Source: Candidatus Hydrogenedentota bacterium (GTDB taxonomy: Bacteria; Hydrogenedentota; Hydrogenedentia; Hydrogenedentales; SLHB01). Taken from it: 64,000 nucleotides of DNA. The position numbers and the translations under genes were made by a program. Below, piece by piece: positions 1 through 11,509 of the stretch. The stretch covers positions 235,137 to 299,136 of the forward strand of contig BTWA01000002.1 in the NCBI GenBank assembly GCA_045863295.1. Reading direction: 5' to 3'. Each line of letters starts with the position of its first letter. Within the stretch, counting starts at the first letter, position 1. The notes beneath the pieces were generated by a model. That model did no database searches, was not told where the DNA came from, and saw nothing but the letters and a program-made list of their open reading frames with translations.

Positions 1-1097
1 CCCGGTGCGATGCAGTATTGCGCCATCTGCCCGCCGATCAGACTTCCGAGGAGGCTGCCCGCGCCGCTGATGATGATGCCCATGAATTGTTGCCCGGCGG
101 CGCGCAGTTCTGGCGGCGTGCGCGTGTCGACGTATACATAGGCCGTGATGAAGTAGAACGTCCAGCATATGCCGTGCGCCGCGACGGCCGCGACGAGCCA
201 CGGCGTGGACGTTGAATAGGCCATGACGAAATAGCGAAAGACATGCGCAGCCGCGCCGATGATCATGGTTGCCTTGATGCCAAATCGATCCGTGAACCAG
301 CCCAGGGCAAACATCGCGCCCACTTCGGCAATCTGGCCGATGCTCAACAGCGGCATGATGTGGCTTTCGTCCACGCCGCGCTGCACGAGATAGGGCCCCA
401 TCCAGTCGTAGTAGAACCGGTTGATGACGGACGCAAACAGAGTTAATACGCATAGCACCAGCAGGGGCGGGCGCGCAAAGAGTTTCAACGCTTTCCATGG
501 CGCGAATCCCTTGTCTTTCACCTTTACGCCGGCGTTTGGCAACGTAAAGCAGTACAGGGCGAGCACCCATGAGCCCGCGCCGCACACGATGAGCGCTTGC
601 GGCACACGGCTGGAGTCCGGAGCGCCTCCACCGCCTCGAATCCACCAGTAGCCGAATATCCAGGCCACGGCGAACCATCCCAGTGTGCCCCACACGCGGA
701 TTGGCCCGAAGTCTTTTTTCGGATCCGTTACGTGGTGCAGCGCCACAGCGTTCGTCAAACCGCTTGTCGGGACATAGCAGAGGGCGTAGAGCACGTAGAG
801 CGCAAAGAAGAGCTTGACGGAGGTCACTTGCGACAGCACCAGCATTACGGCGCCGGCCGCGCCGTGGCAAAGGCCCAGCAGCCGGTGCGAACTGATCCAG
901 CGATCCGCCACTTGGGCCGCCACGAACGGGGCCAGAAACGAACATGCCGCCGGCGTTGCCGCGATGATTCCGATGGCCGCGGGTGAAAAGTGGAGGTAAT
1001 TCTTCAAGTAGTGTCCGAATACCGGTACCAGCGCACCCATGGAGAAGTAGTGCAGAAACATCATGACACCCAGGCGGGCGCGCATCGTGCGAGTCAT
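1..1097 (-). CDS. MFS transporter, nucleoside:H+ symporter (NupG/XapB-like); 3' end outside window
   Basis: Not in ORF track because it runs off the edge. Manual translation from ATG 1097 gives MTRTMRARLGVMMFLHYFSMGALVPVFGHYL...ADRWIS...DFGPIRVWGTLGW, typical of the NHS family. Confidence 0.8.
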   Translation of the reverse strand, partial: MTRTMRARLGVMMFLHYFSMGALVPVFGHYLKNYLHFSPAAIGIIAATPAACSFLAPFVAAQVADRWISSHRLLGLCHGAAGAVMLVLSQVTSVKLFFALYVLYALCYVPTSGLTNAVALHHVTDPKKDFGPIRVWGTLGWFAVAWIFGYWWIRGGGGAPDSSRVPQALIVCGAGSWVLALYCFTLPNAGVKVKDKGFAPWKALKLFARPPLLVLCVLTLFASVINRFYYDWMGPYLVQRGVDESHIMPLLSIGQIAEVGAMFALGWFTDRFGIKATMIIGAAAHVFRYFVMAYSTSTPWLVAAVAAHGICWTFYFITAYVYVDTRTPPELRAAGQQFMGIIISGAGSLLGSLIGGQMAQYCIAP

Positions 1098-1473
1098 CGG
1101 GTAGAAACTTCCTGACGGGGTATACCTTTTTGGGAATTGCCGGTTGTGCGCTTGCTATCTCTTGTATTGTCCCGCAGAATAGGGGGAGGGTGCAAACCAG
1201 GCACACAATTGGGGAAACTGTGGGATTTGCGCGGCGCTTTGGGGCGACGCAGCCGATTTTTGAGTAGACACGGCCAACTCGTACGAGAAGGACGAAGCGG
1301 TAATTATTGTAAAATGTTTATTTTAAGTCACTTGCGTATATTCACATTGGGTCGAATTGATGGTTCCAAGACGGTTCTGGAGATAGCGGACTACGGACGC
1401 GTTATTATTTGATGGTCATTTGCAGGGCGACCTCGTTCGTTCTGTAAGTCCTTGTCTTACAACAACTTCTAAT

Positions 1474-1502
1474 TTGACGGTTATTTGACTGAATGGTACT
1501 TT
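1474..1502 (+). promoter_or_regulatory. Putative sigma70 promoter (distal, upstream of gap)
   Basis: TTGACG-17 bp-TACTTT with extended TG. Confidence 0.45.
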
Positions 1503-1659
1503 CTCGCCCCATGGCGCTGGATCCCAGCACATTGCGCACTTTATGGATTGACGCCGAAATAGTGGGGAAATATGGGTGTTGTGGTGTAGTTTTTTATTCT
1601 TGGTTTGTTTTAGGGTGTGGTGGTTATCCTATGCCGGGCCTCCATGGCCTGGTATCTGT

Positions 1660-1689
1660 TTGACTGTCTTCCCCGTCCTATGCCATACT
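1660..1689 (+). promoter_or_regulatory. Putative sigma70 promoter (proximal, upstream of gap leader)
   Basis: TTGACT-18 bp-CATACT with extended TG. Confidence 0.45.
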
Positions 1690-1949
1690 TCCCCACAAAA
1701 TGCGATGAGACAGGTGATTAGGTCTCTTCAGGCGAAGAGACCCCGCTGGATAGAATCTCCCCAGTATCCGGCGGCGAGAGGCAAGCAAAGGGATCCGGGC
1801 GTGCACTTTCCCTCCTTGATATGCCGCCGCCTAACCGCTCGTCACATTTCCCCCCGTCCGGGATACAGGTGCGTTTTCCGGAAGGGTTCGTAGTACGCGT
1901 TCAAGTGGTCTTGAAACAGGACTACTGCACCATAAGCCGACGCGTGTAA

Positions 1950-2981
<1,032 letters not shown>

Positions 2982-2989
2982 GGAATCCG

Positions 2990-3025
2990 ATGGCCCCGAG
3001 CGGCAACGCCCGGGGCCATTTCTCT
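2990..3025 (+). terminator. Intergenic hairpin/terminator between gap and pgk
   Basis: ATGGCCCCG...GCAA...CGGGGCCAT followed by TTCTCT. Confidence 0.6.
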
Positions 3026-3042
3026 ATAGCGAAAGATGTACC

Positions 3043-4236
3043 ATGAACAAGATGTCACTGACTGATATCGACGTAAAAGGCAAGCGCGTTCTGATGCGCG
3101 TGGACTTCAACGTTCCTCAGAATGCGGATGGCACGGTGCGCGACGATACGCGCATCAAGGCCGCCCTGCAGAGTATCAATTACGTCCGCGAAAAGGGCGG
3201 CATGTTGATTCTGATGTCGCATCTGGGCCGGCCCAAGACGGAAGAAGACAAGCAGAAATTCAAGATGGATCCCATCGCGAATCGCCTTCGGGAGCTGGCG
3301 GGTGGCAATGTCACCAAGGTCGATGCGCTTGTAGGCACCGAAGTTGAGGCGGTGGTCAGCAAAATGCAGCCCGGCGACATCGTCGTGCTTGAAAATACCC
3401 GCTTTAATCCCGGCGAGACCAAGAACGACGCTGAGTTGTCCAAGCAACTGGCCAAACTGGGCGATGTTTATTGCAGCGATGCTTTCGGCAGCGTTCACCG
3501 CGCCCACGCCTCCACGGCGGGCGTCACCGACTATCTGCCTGTCAGCGTCTCGGGCTTTCTTGTCGCCAAGGAGATGGAGTATTTCGGCAAGGTGTTATCG
3601 AATCCTGAACGTCCGCTCACGGCTATCCTGGGTGGCGCGAAGGTATCGGATAAGATCACCGTCATAGACAACCTCCTCAATCTTGTCGACACGCTTATCA
3701 TTGGCGGCGGCATGGCGTACACGTTCCTGAAGGCCCAAGGGCTCGAGATCGGCAATTCGCTGCTTGATGAAGCGGGTATCGACGTTGCCAAGACGGCCAT
3801 TGCCAAAGCCAAGGAGCGTGGTATCACGTTGCAACTGCCCTTGGACATCGTCATGGCGGACAAGTTCGACAACAATGCGAAGACGAAGATTGTTGACGTG
3901 AATGCCATGGAGGCGGGATGGGAAGGCCTGGACATTGGCCCGAAGACGATTGTGAAGTTCAGCGAGATCATCAAAGCCTCGAAGACCGTGGTGTGGAATG
4001 GTCCCGTGGGCGTATTCGAGTTTCCGAATTTCGTCAAGGGCACGCGCGCCTTGGCCGACCTTCTTGCTTCGACGCCTAGCGTCACCAGCGTTATCGGTGG
4101 CGGGGATACGGCTGCGGCCATCGTGCAATTTGGCCTCGCGGACAAGATGTCTCACGTGTCTACCGGCGGCGGCGCGTCGCTGGAGATGCTTGAAGGCAAA
4201 GTGCTGCCTGGGTTGGCGGCCTTGTCGGATAAATGA
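3043..4236 (+). CDS. pgk: Phosphoglycerate kinase
   Basis: [36 protein letters not shown]. Confidence 0.98.
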   Translation: MNKMSLTDIDVKGKRVLMRVDFNVPQNADGTVRDDTRIKAALQSINYVREKGGMLILMSHLGRPKTEEDKQKFKMDPIANRLRELAGGNVTKVDALVGTEVEAVVSKMQPGDIVVLENTRFNPGETKNDAELSKQLAKLGDVYCSDAFGSVHRAHASTAGVTDYLPVSVSGFLVAKEMEYFGKVLSNPERPLTAILGGAKVSDKITVIDNLLNLVDTLIIGGGMAYTFLKAQGLEIGNSLLDEAGIDVAKTAIAKAKERGITLQLPLDIVMADKFDNNAKTKIVDVNAMEAGWEGLDIGPKTIVKFSEIIKASKTVVWNGPVGVFEFPNFVKGTRALADLLASTPSVTSVIGGGDTAAAIVQFGLADKMSHVSTGGGASLEMLEGKVLPGLAALSDK

Positions 4237-4242
4237 CGCAAT

Positions 4243-4277
4243 GCGCCCCCAAACACCGTTTGGGGGCGCTCATTTTT
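4243..4277 (+). terminator. Rho-independent terminator after pgk
   Basis: GCGCCCCCAAAC-ACC-GTTTGGGGGCGC followed by a T-run. Confidence 0.75.
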
Positions 4278-4388
4278 ACAGCCGGTGTGTTGCCGGTTGA
4301 TGTACGGACTACCCATGGCTCGGGCGGACAAGTAGCCAATGCCGAACTGGGCGATGGGCAAACACGAATGAAAGAAGGACTACAGGCT

Positions 4389-4661
4389 ATGTCGCACATC
4401 GAAAAAGAACGCAAGACCGAAATTATCAAGTCGCACGCCCATCATGAGGGTGACACGGGATCCGCCGAGGTGCAGATAGCGCTTTTGACGGAGCGGATCA
4501 ATCATTTGACCGAACATTTCAAAGTGCACAAGAAAGACTTTGCCGGCCGCCGCGGTTTGCTCAAGCTCGTTGGCACGCGCCGCAACCTGCTGAATTATTT
4601 GCGCACGCGCGATCTTGATCGGTATCGCAACATCGTCAAGACCCTTGGGCTGCGCAAGTAA
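4389..4661 (+). CDS. rpsO: 30S ribosomal protein S15
   Basis: [22 protein letters not shown]...RRGLLKLVG; directly upstream of pnp. Confidence 0.97.
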   Translation: MSHIEKERKTEIIKSHAHHEGDTGSAEVQIALLTERINHLTEHFKVHKKDFAGRRGLLKLVGTRRNLLNYLRTRDLDRYRNIVKTLGLRK

Positions 4662-4799
4662 TGGCCATAGCCCGGTCTGGCGTCGTGTGGATCTGACTAT
4701 TCGAAAAACACAATTGTGAAATAAGAGATAAGACAAACATGCGAGATGTGGAACGTAGTGGGAGATGTTCCACCACGACGCGAACGGAGAAGAGAACGA

Positions 4800-7118
4800 A
4801 TGGAGCATCTCTCAGTACGAATTGGAAACGACGAACTCAGCTTTGAAACAGGACGCATAGCGAAACAAGCCCACGGCGCCGTCATGGCCCGCGTGGGAGA
4901 CACCATGGTTTTGGCCGCGGTGTGTGTAGCCGATGAGGGCAGACCGGGCCAGGATTTCTTTCCGCTTACGGTGGACTATCGCGAGAAAGGCTTCGCGGCG
5001 GGTAAAATTCCCGGCAACTTCTTTCGCCGCGAAGGCCGGCCGACCGAGCGCGAAGTGCTGGTGTGCCGGTTGACGGATCGGCCGATCCGGCCTTTGTTTC
5101 CGAAGTCCTTTGTGAATGAACTGCAAGTATTTTCCACGGTATTCTCGGCCGACAACGAGAACAACCCGGACATTTTGTCCATCAACGCGGCTTCCGCCGC
5201 GTTGCACATTTCCAAAGTTCCTTTTCAGGGGCCCATTGGCGCGGTTCGTGTGGGGTACATTGACGGCCAGTTCGTCATCAATCCCAAGATGGCGGACATG
5301 GACCTCAGCGAATTGGATCTTGTGCTTGCCGGTACCGCCGATTCCATCAGCATGGTTGAGGGCGCCGCGCATGAGTTTCCCGAAGACAAGATGATCGAAG
5401 CGCTCGCGTTTGGGCATGAGCACATCAAGCAAATCTGTGCCGCGATTGAGCAACTTCGCGAGAAAGCGGGCCAGCCGAAGATGGAAGTGCCCGAAGTGAA
5501 GTTGAACGAGGAAGCGGTGGCCGATGTTGAGGCCATAGCGGCCAACGGAATCCGCAATTTGTTGAAGCCCATGGAAAAACATGCGCGGGCGGACGGCCTC
5601 AAGGCGCTCAAAGACGAAGTGAAGACAAAGCTGCTCGAAAAATACGGCGAGGAAGTTTTCACGGAACGCGCCGCAGACATTTCCACTGCGTTTGGCAAAC
5701 TCGAGAAGCGCCTCATGCGCGAGCAGGTCATTCAGTCTAACACGCGTCTCGACGGGCGAGACCTCACCACAGTACGCCCCATCACGATCGAAGTGGGCAT
5801 TCTGCCCCGCGTGCATGGATCCTGCTTGTTCACCCGGGGGGAAACGCAAGCCATCGTCACGACGACGCTGGGCACCAGCGGCGACGAACAGCGCTTGGAC
5901 GAATTGACCGGCGAAGAGTTCAAGCGGTTTATGCTGCATTACAACTTTCCGTCGTGGTCCGTGGGCGAAGTGCGCCGCATTTCGGGCCCCGGGCGCCGGG
6001 AAGTCGGTCATGGCCGGCTTGCCGAACGTGCCCTTGAGTCCGTGCTTCCCTTCAAGAACGAGGAAGAATCCGAGCCGGGCGACGGATTTCCCTACACGAT
6101 CCGTGTTGTTTCCGATATCACGGAAAGCAACGGGTCCAGTTCCATGGCCTCCGTGTGCGGTGGTTCACTCGCGATGATGGATGCCGGTGTGCCGATCACG
6201 GCGCCGGTTGCGGGTATTGCGATGGGTCTGATTAAGGAAGGCGACGAAGTTCGCGTGCTCACTGACATCCTTGGCGCCGAAGATCATCTTGGCGACATGG
6301 ACTTCAAGGTTACGGGCACCAGCGAAGGCATCACTGCTTTCCAGATGGACTGCAAGATTGGCGGCGTGTCAAATGAAGTGATGCGGCAAGCCCTGAATCA
6401 AGCGCGCGATGGGCGGTTGCACATACTCGAGAAGATGAATGCCGCATTGCCCGCGCACCGTGAAGACATTTCACCTTACGCCCCGCGCATCTTCACCATC
6501 ATGATCCATCCCGACAAGATCCGCGACATCATCGGGCCGGGAGGCAAGGTGATCCGGCATATTCAGCGCACGACCGGCGCGGAAATCGAGATCGAAGACG
6601 ATGGCACGGTTCTGGTGGCGGCGACCAATGCCGAGATCGCGAACATGGCCATCGAGATGATCAAGAACATCACCGCGGAGCCCGAAGTGGGCCAGATTTA
6701 CAAGGGCAAAGTTACCCGCATCATGAACTTTGGCGCGTTTGTTTCGGTCATGGGCGGTAAGGAAGGCTTGGTGCATATATCCGAGCTTGCCCCGTACCAT
6801 GTGCGCAACGTCACCGATGTTGTGGACATTGGCGACGATGTTCAGGTGAAGGTAATTGAGATCGATTCCATGGGCCGTATCAACCTTTCCAAGGTCGCGG
6901 CTGAACGCGAACTTGGCCTCATCGACGACACCATACCCGAGGGTGAAGAGCCGCGGGCACCGCGCGAAGGCGGCGACCGTGGCGGTCGCGGCGGTGATCG
7001 TGGTGGTCGCGGTGGCGATCGCGGCGGCCGCGGTGGCGACCGTGGTGGACGTGGTGGCGGTGGAGGTGGCCGCGGCGGGGACCGTGGCGGTTACCGTGGC
7101 GGCGGCGGACGACGCTAG
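4800..7118 (+). CDS. pnp: Polyribonucleotide nucleotidyltransferase with RGG-rich C-terminal tail
   Basis: FFPLTVDYRE, ESNGSSSMAS, GDMDFKV, KH and S1 domains. Confidence 0.98.
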   Translation: MEHLSVRIGNDELSFETGRIAKQAHGAVMARVGDTMVLAAVCVADEGRPGQDFFPLTVDYREKGFAAGKIPGNFFRREGRPTEREVLVCRLTDRPIRPLFPKSFVNELQVFSTVFSADNENNPDILSINAASAALHISKVPFQGPIGAVRVGYIDGQFVINPKMADMDLSELDLVLAGTADSISMVEGAAHEFPEDKMIEALAFGHEHIKQICAAIEQLREKAGQPKMEVPEVKLNEEAVADVEAIAANGIRNLLKPMEKHARADGLKALKDEVKTKLLEKYGEEVFTERAADISTAFGKLEKRLMREQVIQSNTRLDGRDLTTVRPITIEVGILPRVHGSCLFTRGETQAIVTTTLGTSGDEQRLDELTGEEFKRFMLHYNFPSWSVGEVRRISGPGRREVGHGRLAERALESVLPFKNEEESEPGDGFPYTIRVVSDITESNGSSSMASVCGGSLAMMDAGVPITAPVAGIAMGLIKEGDEVRVLTDILGAEDHLGDMDFKVTGTSEGITAFQMDCKIGGVSNEVMRQALNQARDGRLHILEKMNAALPAHREDISPYAPRIFTIMIHPDKIRDIIGPGGKVIRHIQRTTGAEIEIEDDGTVLVAATNAEIANMAIEMIKNITAEPEVGQIYKGKVTRIMNFGAFVSVMGGKEGLVHISELAPYHVRNVTDVVDIGDDVQVKVIEIDSMGRINLSKVAAERELGLIDDTIPEGEEPRAPREGGDRGGRGGDRGGRGGDRGGRGGDRGGRGGGGGGRGGDRGGYRGGGGRR

Positions 7119-7137
7119 TCCGATCAAGTCCTTACCG

Positions 7138-7171
7138 GAAGGCGCTTCGGCAACGGAGCGCCTTCTGTTTT
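7138..7171 (+). terminator. Rho-independent terminator after pnp
   Basis: GAAGGCGCTTCG-GCAA-CGGAGCGCCTTC-TGTTTT. Confidence 0.75.
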
Positions 7172-7248
7172 ACAATACAGTTGCAAGGGACGCCTCGGGC
7201 CGTCGGTAAAGTGTAGTACCGGGGCCGATCGGCCCGAGAGGAGCACGA

Positions 7249-8523
7249 ATGAGTACGTTACAGCCGCTAATGCAGTTTGCGCCGGTACAGCGCACGCTTG
7301 CCAATGGTCTCACCGTTCTTCTGGAGCCGCTCCCTTATCTGCGATCGGCGACCGCGGGCATCTGGATCAAGACTGGATCCGCCCGTGAGACCGAAGCCCA
7401 GGCCGGCATTTCGCACTTTCTCGAACACTTGTTTTTCAAAGGCACCACGACGCGGACGGCCCGGCAGCTTATGGAGGCGATCGAATCGCGCGGGGGACAT
7501 CTGAATGCTTTTACGTCCCGCGATTACACGTGCATCTACGCCAAGAGCTTGGGCGAGCATATTGGCAATGCGGTCGAGATTCTGGCGGATATTCTCCGCA
7601 ATTCACAATTCTTCGACTTCGACAAAGAGAAGAACGTGGTTCTCGAAGAGATTGCCACCATTGAAGACGTGCCTGAAGATTTTGTCCATGACGTGTTCTA
7701 TGCCAGGCTCTGGCCCGAGCACCCGCTGGGAAGGCCCATCGCAGGAACGGAAGAATCGGTCTCGGCGACGACCCTTGAAGACGTGCGAACTTACTATCGG
7801 TCGTGGTACGAACCCTCCAGCATGATTCTTTCCGTTTCCGGAAGTTTTGACGAAGATGAACTGCTGGCTCTTATTGAAAGGGAATTCAGCGGCATGGCGG
7901 CCGCGGAACCGCCACGCGACACTACCCCCGCGCACAGCCGGCCCGCGCTTGAACTCATCGACCGGGAAATCGCGCAGCATCATTTGTGTTTTGGATTTCC
8001 GGCGCCCAAGGCGACTGACGAGAAACGTTACGTTTACAGTATGCTCAGCAGTGTGTTGGGTGGCGGTTCCACGTCTCGCTTGTTCGATCGCATTCGGGAA
8101 GAAGCCGGTCTGGCTTATTCCATCTACTCATTTCATTCGACCTACGACGTGGCTGGGGTTCTTGGCGTTTATGCCGCTGTCGCTCCGGAGAATCTGGAGC
8201 AGGCGGTGAATTTGTCCACGGCAGAAATTGTAAAACTTCGCAATGAATTAATTCCCGCCGAAGAACTCGCGCTCAATCGCGAACAGTTGAAAGGGGGACT
8301 TCTCATGTCCCTTGAAAGTACTTACAGCCGCATGTCCCGAATGGCAAAGTCTTACATTTACTTTGGCCGCGTTACCCCTGTTGAGGAAATTGTCGCGGCG
8401 GTGGAAGCGGTTACGGAGGAGGACATCCGGCAGGCGGCGCATGAAGTGTTTCATCCCGAACGCTGCACTTTCGTTTCTTTAGGCCCCACGGAAGGCATTA
8501 AACTGGAGACACTCGCGCTATGA
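7249..8523 (+). CDS. M16 (pitrilysin-family) zinc metallopeptidase
   Basis: HFLEH inverted zinc motif, [21 protein letters not shown]; typical position after pnp. Confidence 0.93.
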   Translation: MSTLQPLMQFAPVQRTLANGLTVLLEPLPYLRSATAGIWIKTGSARETEAQAGISHFLEHLFFKGTTTRTARQLMEAIESRGGHLNAFTSRDYTCIYAKSLGEHIGNAVEILADILRNSQFFDFDKEKNVVLEEIATIEDVPEDFVHDVFYARLWPEHPLGRPIAGTEESVSATTLEDVRTYYRSWYEPSSMILSVSGSFDEDELLALIEREFSGMAAAEPPRDTTPAHSRPALELIDREIAQHHLCFGFPAPKATDEKRYVYSMLSSVLGGGSTSRLFDRIREEAGLAYSIYSFHSTYDVAGVLGVYAAVAPENLEQAVNLSTAEIVKLRNELIPAEELALNREQLKGGLLMSLESTYSRMSRMAKSYIYFGRVTPVEEIVAAVEAVTEEDIRQAAHEVFHPERCTFVSLGPTEGIKLETLAL

Positions 8524-8972
8524 TCCACGCTGTACGCGTCGAGATTGCGAGGCTTGCCGGAACAGAGGATATCCCTCTTCCGCAATACGAAACCGAACAT
8601 GCCGCCGGCATGGATCTGCGTGCGGCAGTGACCGAGCCCCTTACACTGCAACCGGGCGAACGCACGCTTGTACCCACAGGGCTGCGCATTGCACTTCCCG
8701 AGGGTTACGAAGCCCAGGTGCGTCCGCGCAGCGGGCTTGCCATCAAGTTCGGCATATCTCTCCTCAACAGCCCCGGTACCATTGACGCCGACTACCGGGG
8801 CGAAATCCGAGTCATCCTCGCGAATCTTGGGCAGGAGCCGTTCACCATTCGACGGGGCGATCGGATAGCGCAAATGATTGTTGCACCGGTCACGAAAGTA
8901 GAGTGGGCCCAGGTGGAGACACTGTCTGAAACCGCCCGAGGAACCGGGGGATTCGGCCACACGGGCGTGTAG
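8520..8972 (+). CDS. dut: dUTP diphosphatase
   Basis: [32 protein letters not shown]. Confidence 0.97.
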   Translation: MIHAVRVEIARLAGTEDIPLPQYETEHAAGMDLRAAVTEPLTLQPGERTLVPTGLRIALPEGYEAQVRPRSGLAIKFGISLLNSPGTIDADYRGEIRVILANLGQEPFTIRRGDRIAQMIVAPVTKVEWAQVETLSETARGTGGFGHTGV

Positions 8973-9041
8973 CCCAAGTGGCCGTGTGTGAAAAGGCACG
9001 GAAGATGTTGGGTTTTCGTTTGATCCGAATGTGACTCCACA

Positions 9042-10712
9042 TTACTCCCCGTATGCTTCCCGACGCAGGGCTTTTAGTTCCTTCATCGCGTTGTCCATGC
9101 CGCGGCCAAAGTGGTCGTGCAACCGTTCGTAGATTTCGAACAGTTTTTCGTATACGGCGTGCGCCTCGGGGTTTGGCCTGTAGATTACGTCGCGCAGTTT
9201 CGCCATTTTCTTTGCCGCATCGGCGATAGTGTCGTAGCCGCCGTTGGCCGAGCCGGCGGCGACGGCGCCAAACATGGCGGCGCCAAGCGCGATTGCCTGA
9301 TCGGACGCCGCCACCTTGATTTCCCTGTTGGTGACGTCCGAGAAAATCTGCATCAGCAAGGGGTTTTTGCCCGGCATGCCGCCGCATGCCACCAAATCCG
9401 TTACGGGCACGCCCCCGGCTTCGCAGGCCTTAATGATCTTGTACGTGCCAAAGGCGGTGGATTCCAAGATTGCCCGGTACATTTCCGCCGGTGTAGTGCT
9501 GAGTGTCATACCGATCATCAAGCCGGTTAGATCGGCGTCGACCAGCACGCACCGGTTTCCGTTCCACCAGTCCAAACAAAGTACGCCCGCCGCGCCCGGT
9601 TTCAATTTCCTTGCTTCATCCATCAAGAAGCCGTGAACATCCTTGCCCGCCGCCGTCGCATCGTCCACAACCGATGCCGGCACGCAGTTGTCCACGAACC
9701 ATGCAAAGATGTCGCCCACGGCTGCTTGTCCGGCCTCGTATCCGTACATGCCGGGCAGAATGCCGTCTTTGACCACGCCGGCTAATCCGGGCACGAGTTT
9801 CTTTTCCTTCGCGCATACCATGTGACATAGGGACGTTCCCATGATCATGACCATTCGGCCCGGCTCCGTCACGGCGGAGCCTGGCACGCCCACGTGCGCG
9901 TCAATGGATCCAACCGACACGGCTGTGCCCGCGGGCAAGCCCAGTTTTGAAGCCCACGGTTCTATCAAGCCGCCGGCTTTTGTTCCCGCCGCGTAAATGT
10001 CCGAGCGAAGTTTTTCCGCCACTATATGCTCAAATCGGGGGTCAAGTTCTTTCAGGAAGTCTGGCGACGGATAGCCTTCGTCCCACATCGCTTTGTAGCC
10101 TGCGGCACACGCATTGCGTTTTTCTTCTCCCGTCAGGATGAGATTCACCCAGTCGCCGGCTTCAATGAATCGGTCGGCGGCCGCGTACACCTCCGGCGCC
10201 TCATCCAGCACCTGCAACGCTTTTGGAAACAGCCACTCCGAGGAGACTTTGCCGCCGTATCTTGCGAGGAAAGGCTCATTGCGTTTCACCGCCAGCGCGT
10301 TGATGCGATCGGCTTCCGGCTGCGCCGCATGATGCTTCCACAATTTCACCCACGCGTTTGGATTTGCCTCAAACTCAGGCAGCGTGCACAGGGGCACATG
10401 GTTTTTGGTAACCGGTAGAACGGTGCATGCCGTAAAGTCGACGCCAATTCCGACGACGTCCGATCCCGAAACCCCCGAATCCGCGAGGACTTTGGGCACG
10501 GTTGTCTCGATGACATGGAGGTAGTCGCGTGGATCCTGCAAGGCCCAATCCGGTTCGAGTTTTTTTCCCGTGGAGGGGAGGACGTCGTCGATGACGCCAT
10601 GGGGATAGGGCGTTACCGCCTGGGCGATTTCCTCGCCATTGTCCAAGGCAACCAAAAGGGCCCGGCCCGATTCCGTGCCAAAATCCAATCCAATCGCGTA
10701 CTTCCGTCCCAT
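9042..10712 (-). CDS. araB: L-ribulokinase (FGGY family)
   Basis: IGLDFGTESGR, KLWKHHAAQ, DWWNGNR, YEAGQAAVGD. Confidence 0.92.
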   Translation of the reverse strand: MGRKYAIGLDFGTESGRALLVALDNGEEIAQAVTPYPHGVIDDVLPSTGKKLEPDWALQDPRDYLHVIETTVPKVLADSGVSGSDVVGIGVDFTACTVLPVTKNHVPLCTLPEFEANPNAWVKLWKHHAAQPEADRINALAVKRNEPFLARYGGKVSSEWLFPKALQVLDEAPEVYAAADRFIEAGDWVNLILTGEEKRNACAAGYKAMWDEGYPSPDFLKELDPRFEHIVAEKLRSDIYAAGTKAGGLIEPWASKLGLPAGTAVSVGSIDAHVGVPGSAVTEPGRMVMIMGTSLCHMVCAKEKKLVPGLAGVVKDGILPGMYGYEAGQAAVGDIFAWFVDNCVPASVVDDATAAGKDVHGFLMDEARKLKPGAAGVLCLDWWNGNRCVLVDADLTGLMIGMTLSTTPAEMYRAILESTAFGTYKIIKACEAGGVPVTDLVACGGMPGKNPLLMQIFSDVTNREIKVAASDQAIALGAAMFGAVAAGSANGGYDTIADAAKKMAKLRDVIYRPNPEAHAVYEKLFEIYERLHDHFGRGMDNAMKELKALRREAYGE

Positions 10713-10795
10713 GGCGCAAAGCCCCCCTCGTGGATCGTTTACTTGAGACTGAGAATGCTGAAATCATACCAAAAATCGAAACCGAACCGGCGCAC

Positions 10796-11509
10796 TCAGG
10801 CAAGGCGCTTCCGGCCTGCGAAGGTGAAGTGAAAGTCCTCGCCTTCGTCGCTCCGATATTTCTCCGCGTAGTAGCCGACGTGACATGCTTCAAACAGTCT
10901 GAACCGATCGAGCAGTTGATCTTCCGACTCCGTAAACAACACGAAATGATCCTCAATGTGAATTCGGGGTGTGTGCATGCAAACCGTCCTCATGCCACCG
11001 GCCGCTGGTGTCGAATGGGCAAAATAGTGGTGACGCGCGCCTATCATGGTCGCGTATAGCACGGCCCCAGGGGTCATCTGTGCGTACAACGACTGCAGCC
11101 GCAACTGCAAATCGCTTTCTGAGAGATAATACAGGCACTGAATTGCCGTGACGACGGCAAACCCTCCCCCGAAGAACACGTCGTCCACCCGAGGCGTGGC
11201 GGGGATCACGTCAAAATGGCCGGCTATTTCTGGCATTCTTTTCCGGCAGAGCGCGACATTTGTCTCGCTGATTTCCACGCCGTACACGTTGAATCCTTTC
11301 CGGTGAAAGAATTCCGCCGCCGCTCCCGATCCGCAGCCGTACTCAAGGAGTTTTTCGCCGCCTTTTCCCGTCAAGCCCAATTCATGCGCCAAGATGCGCC
11401 CGTATGGCCTGAAGACATGGCTTTCCACGTTTGGCGCTTCATAGCCGGGTTGCCAAAAGCGGGCGTTCTGATCCAGGTACTCCGACGACCCCGATCCCGG
11501 TTGTTCCAA
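10796..11509 (-). CDS. Class I SAM-dependent methyltransferase
   Basis: LLEYGCGSG motif I, GVEIS; TTG start chosen because GGGGAG RBS precedes it. Confidence 0.85.
   Translation of the reverse strand: MEQPGSGSSEYLDQNARFWQPGYEAPNVESHVFRPYGRILAHELGLTGKGGEKLLEYGCGSGAAAEFFHRKGFNVYGVEISETNVALCRKRMPEIAGHFDVIPATPRVDDVFFGGGFAVVTAIQCLYYLSESDLQLRLQSLYAQMTPGAVLYATMIGARHHYFAHSTPAAGGMRTVCMHTPRIHIEDHFVLFTESEDQLLDRFRLFEACHVGYYAEKYRSDEGEDFHFTFAGRKRLA

Noticed and set aside
1100..1700. oriC in the AT-rich intergenic region
   Set aside because: No cluster of TTATCCACA-like DnaA boxes and no dnaA/dnaN nearby.
1720..1800. Glycine or FMN riboswitch in the gap leader (CTCTTCAGGCGAAGAGAC)
   Set aside because: Only superficial motif similarity; the other conserved aptamer elements are missing.
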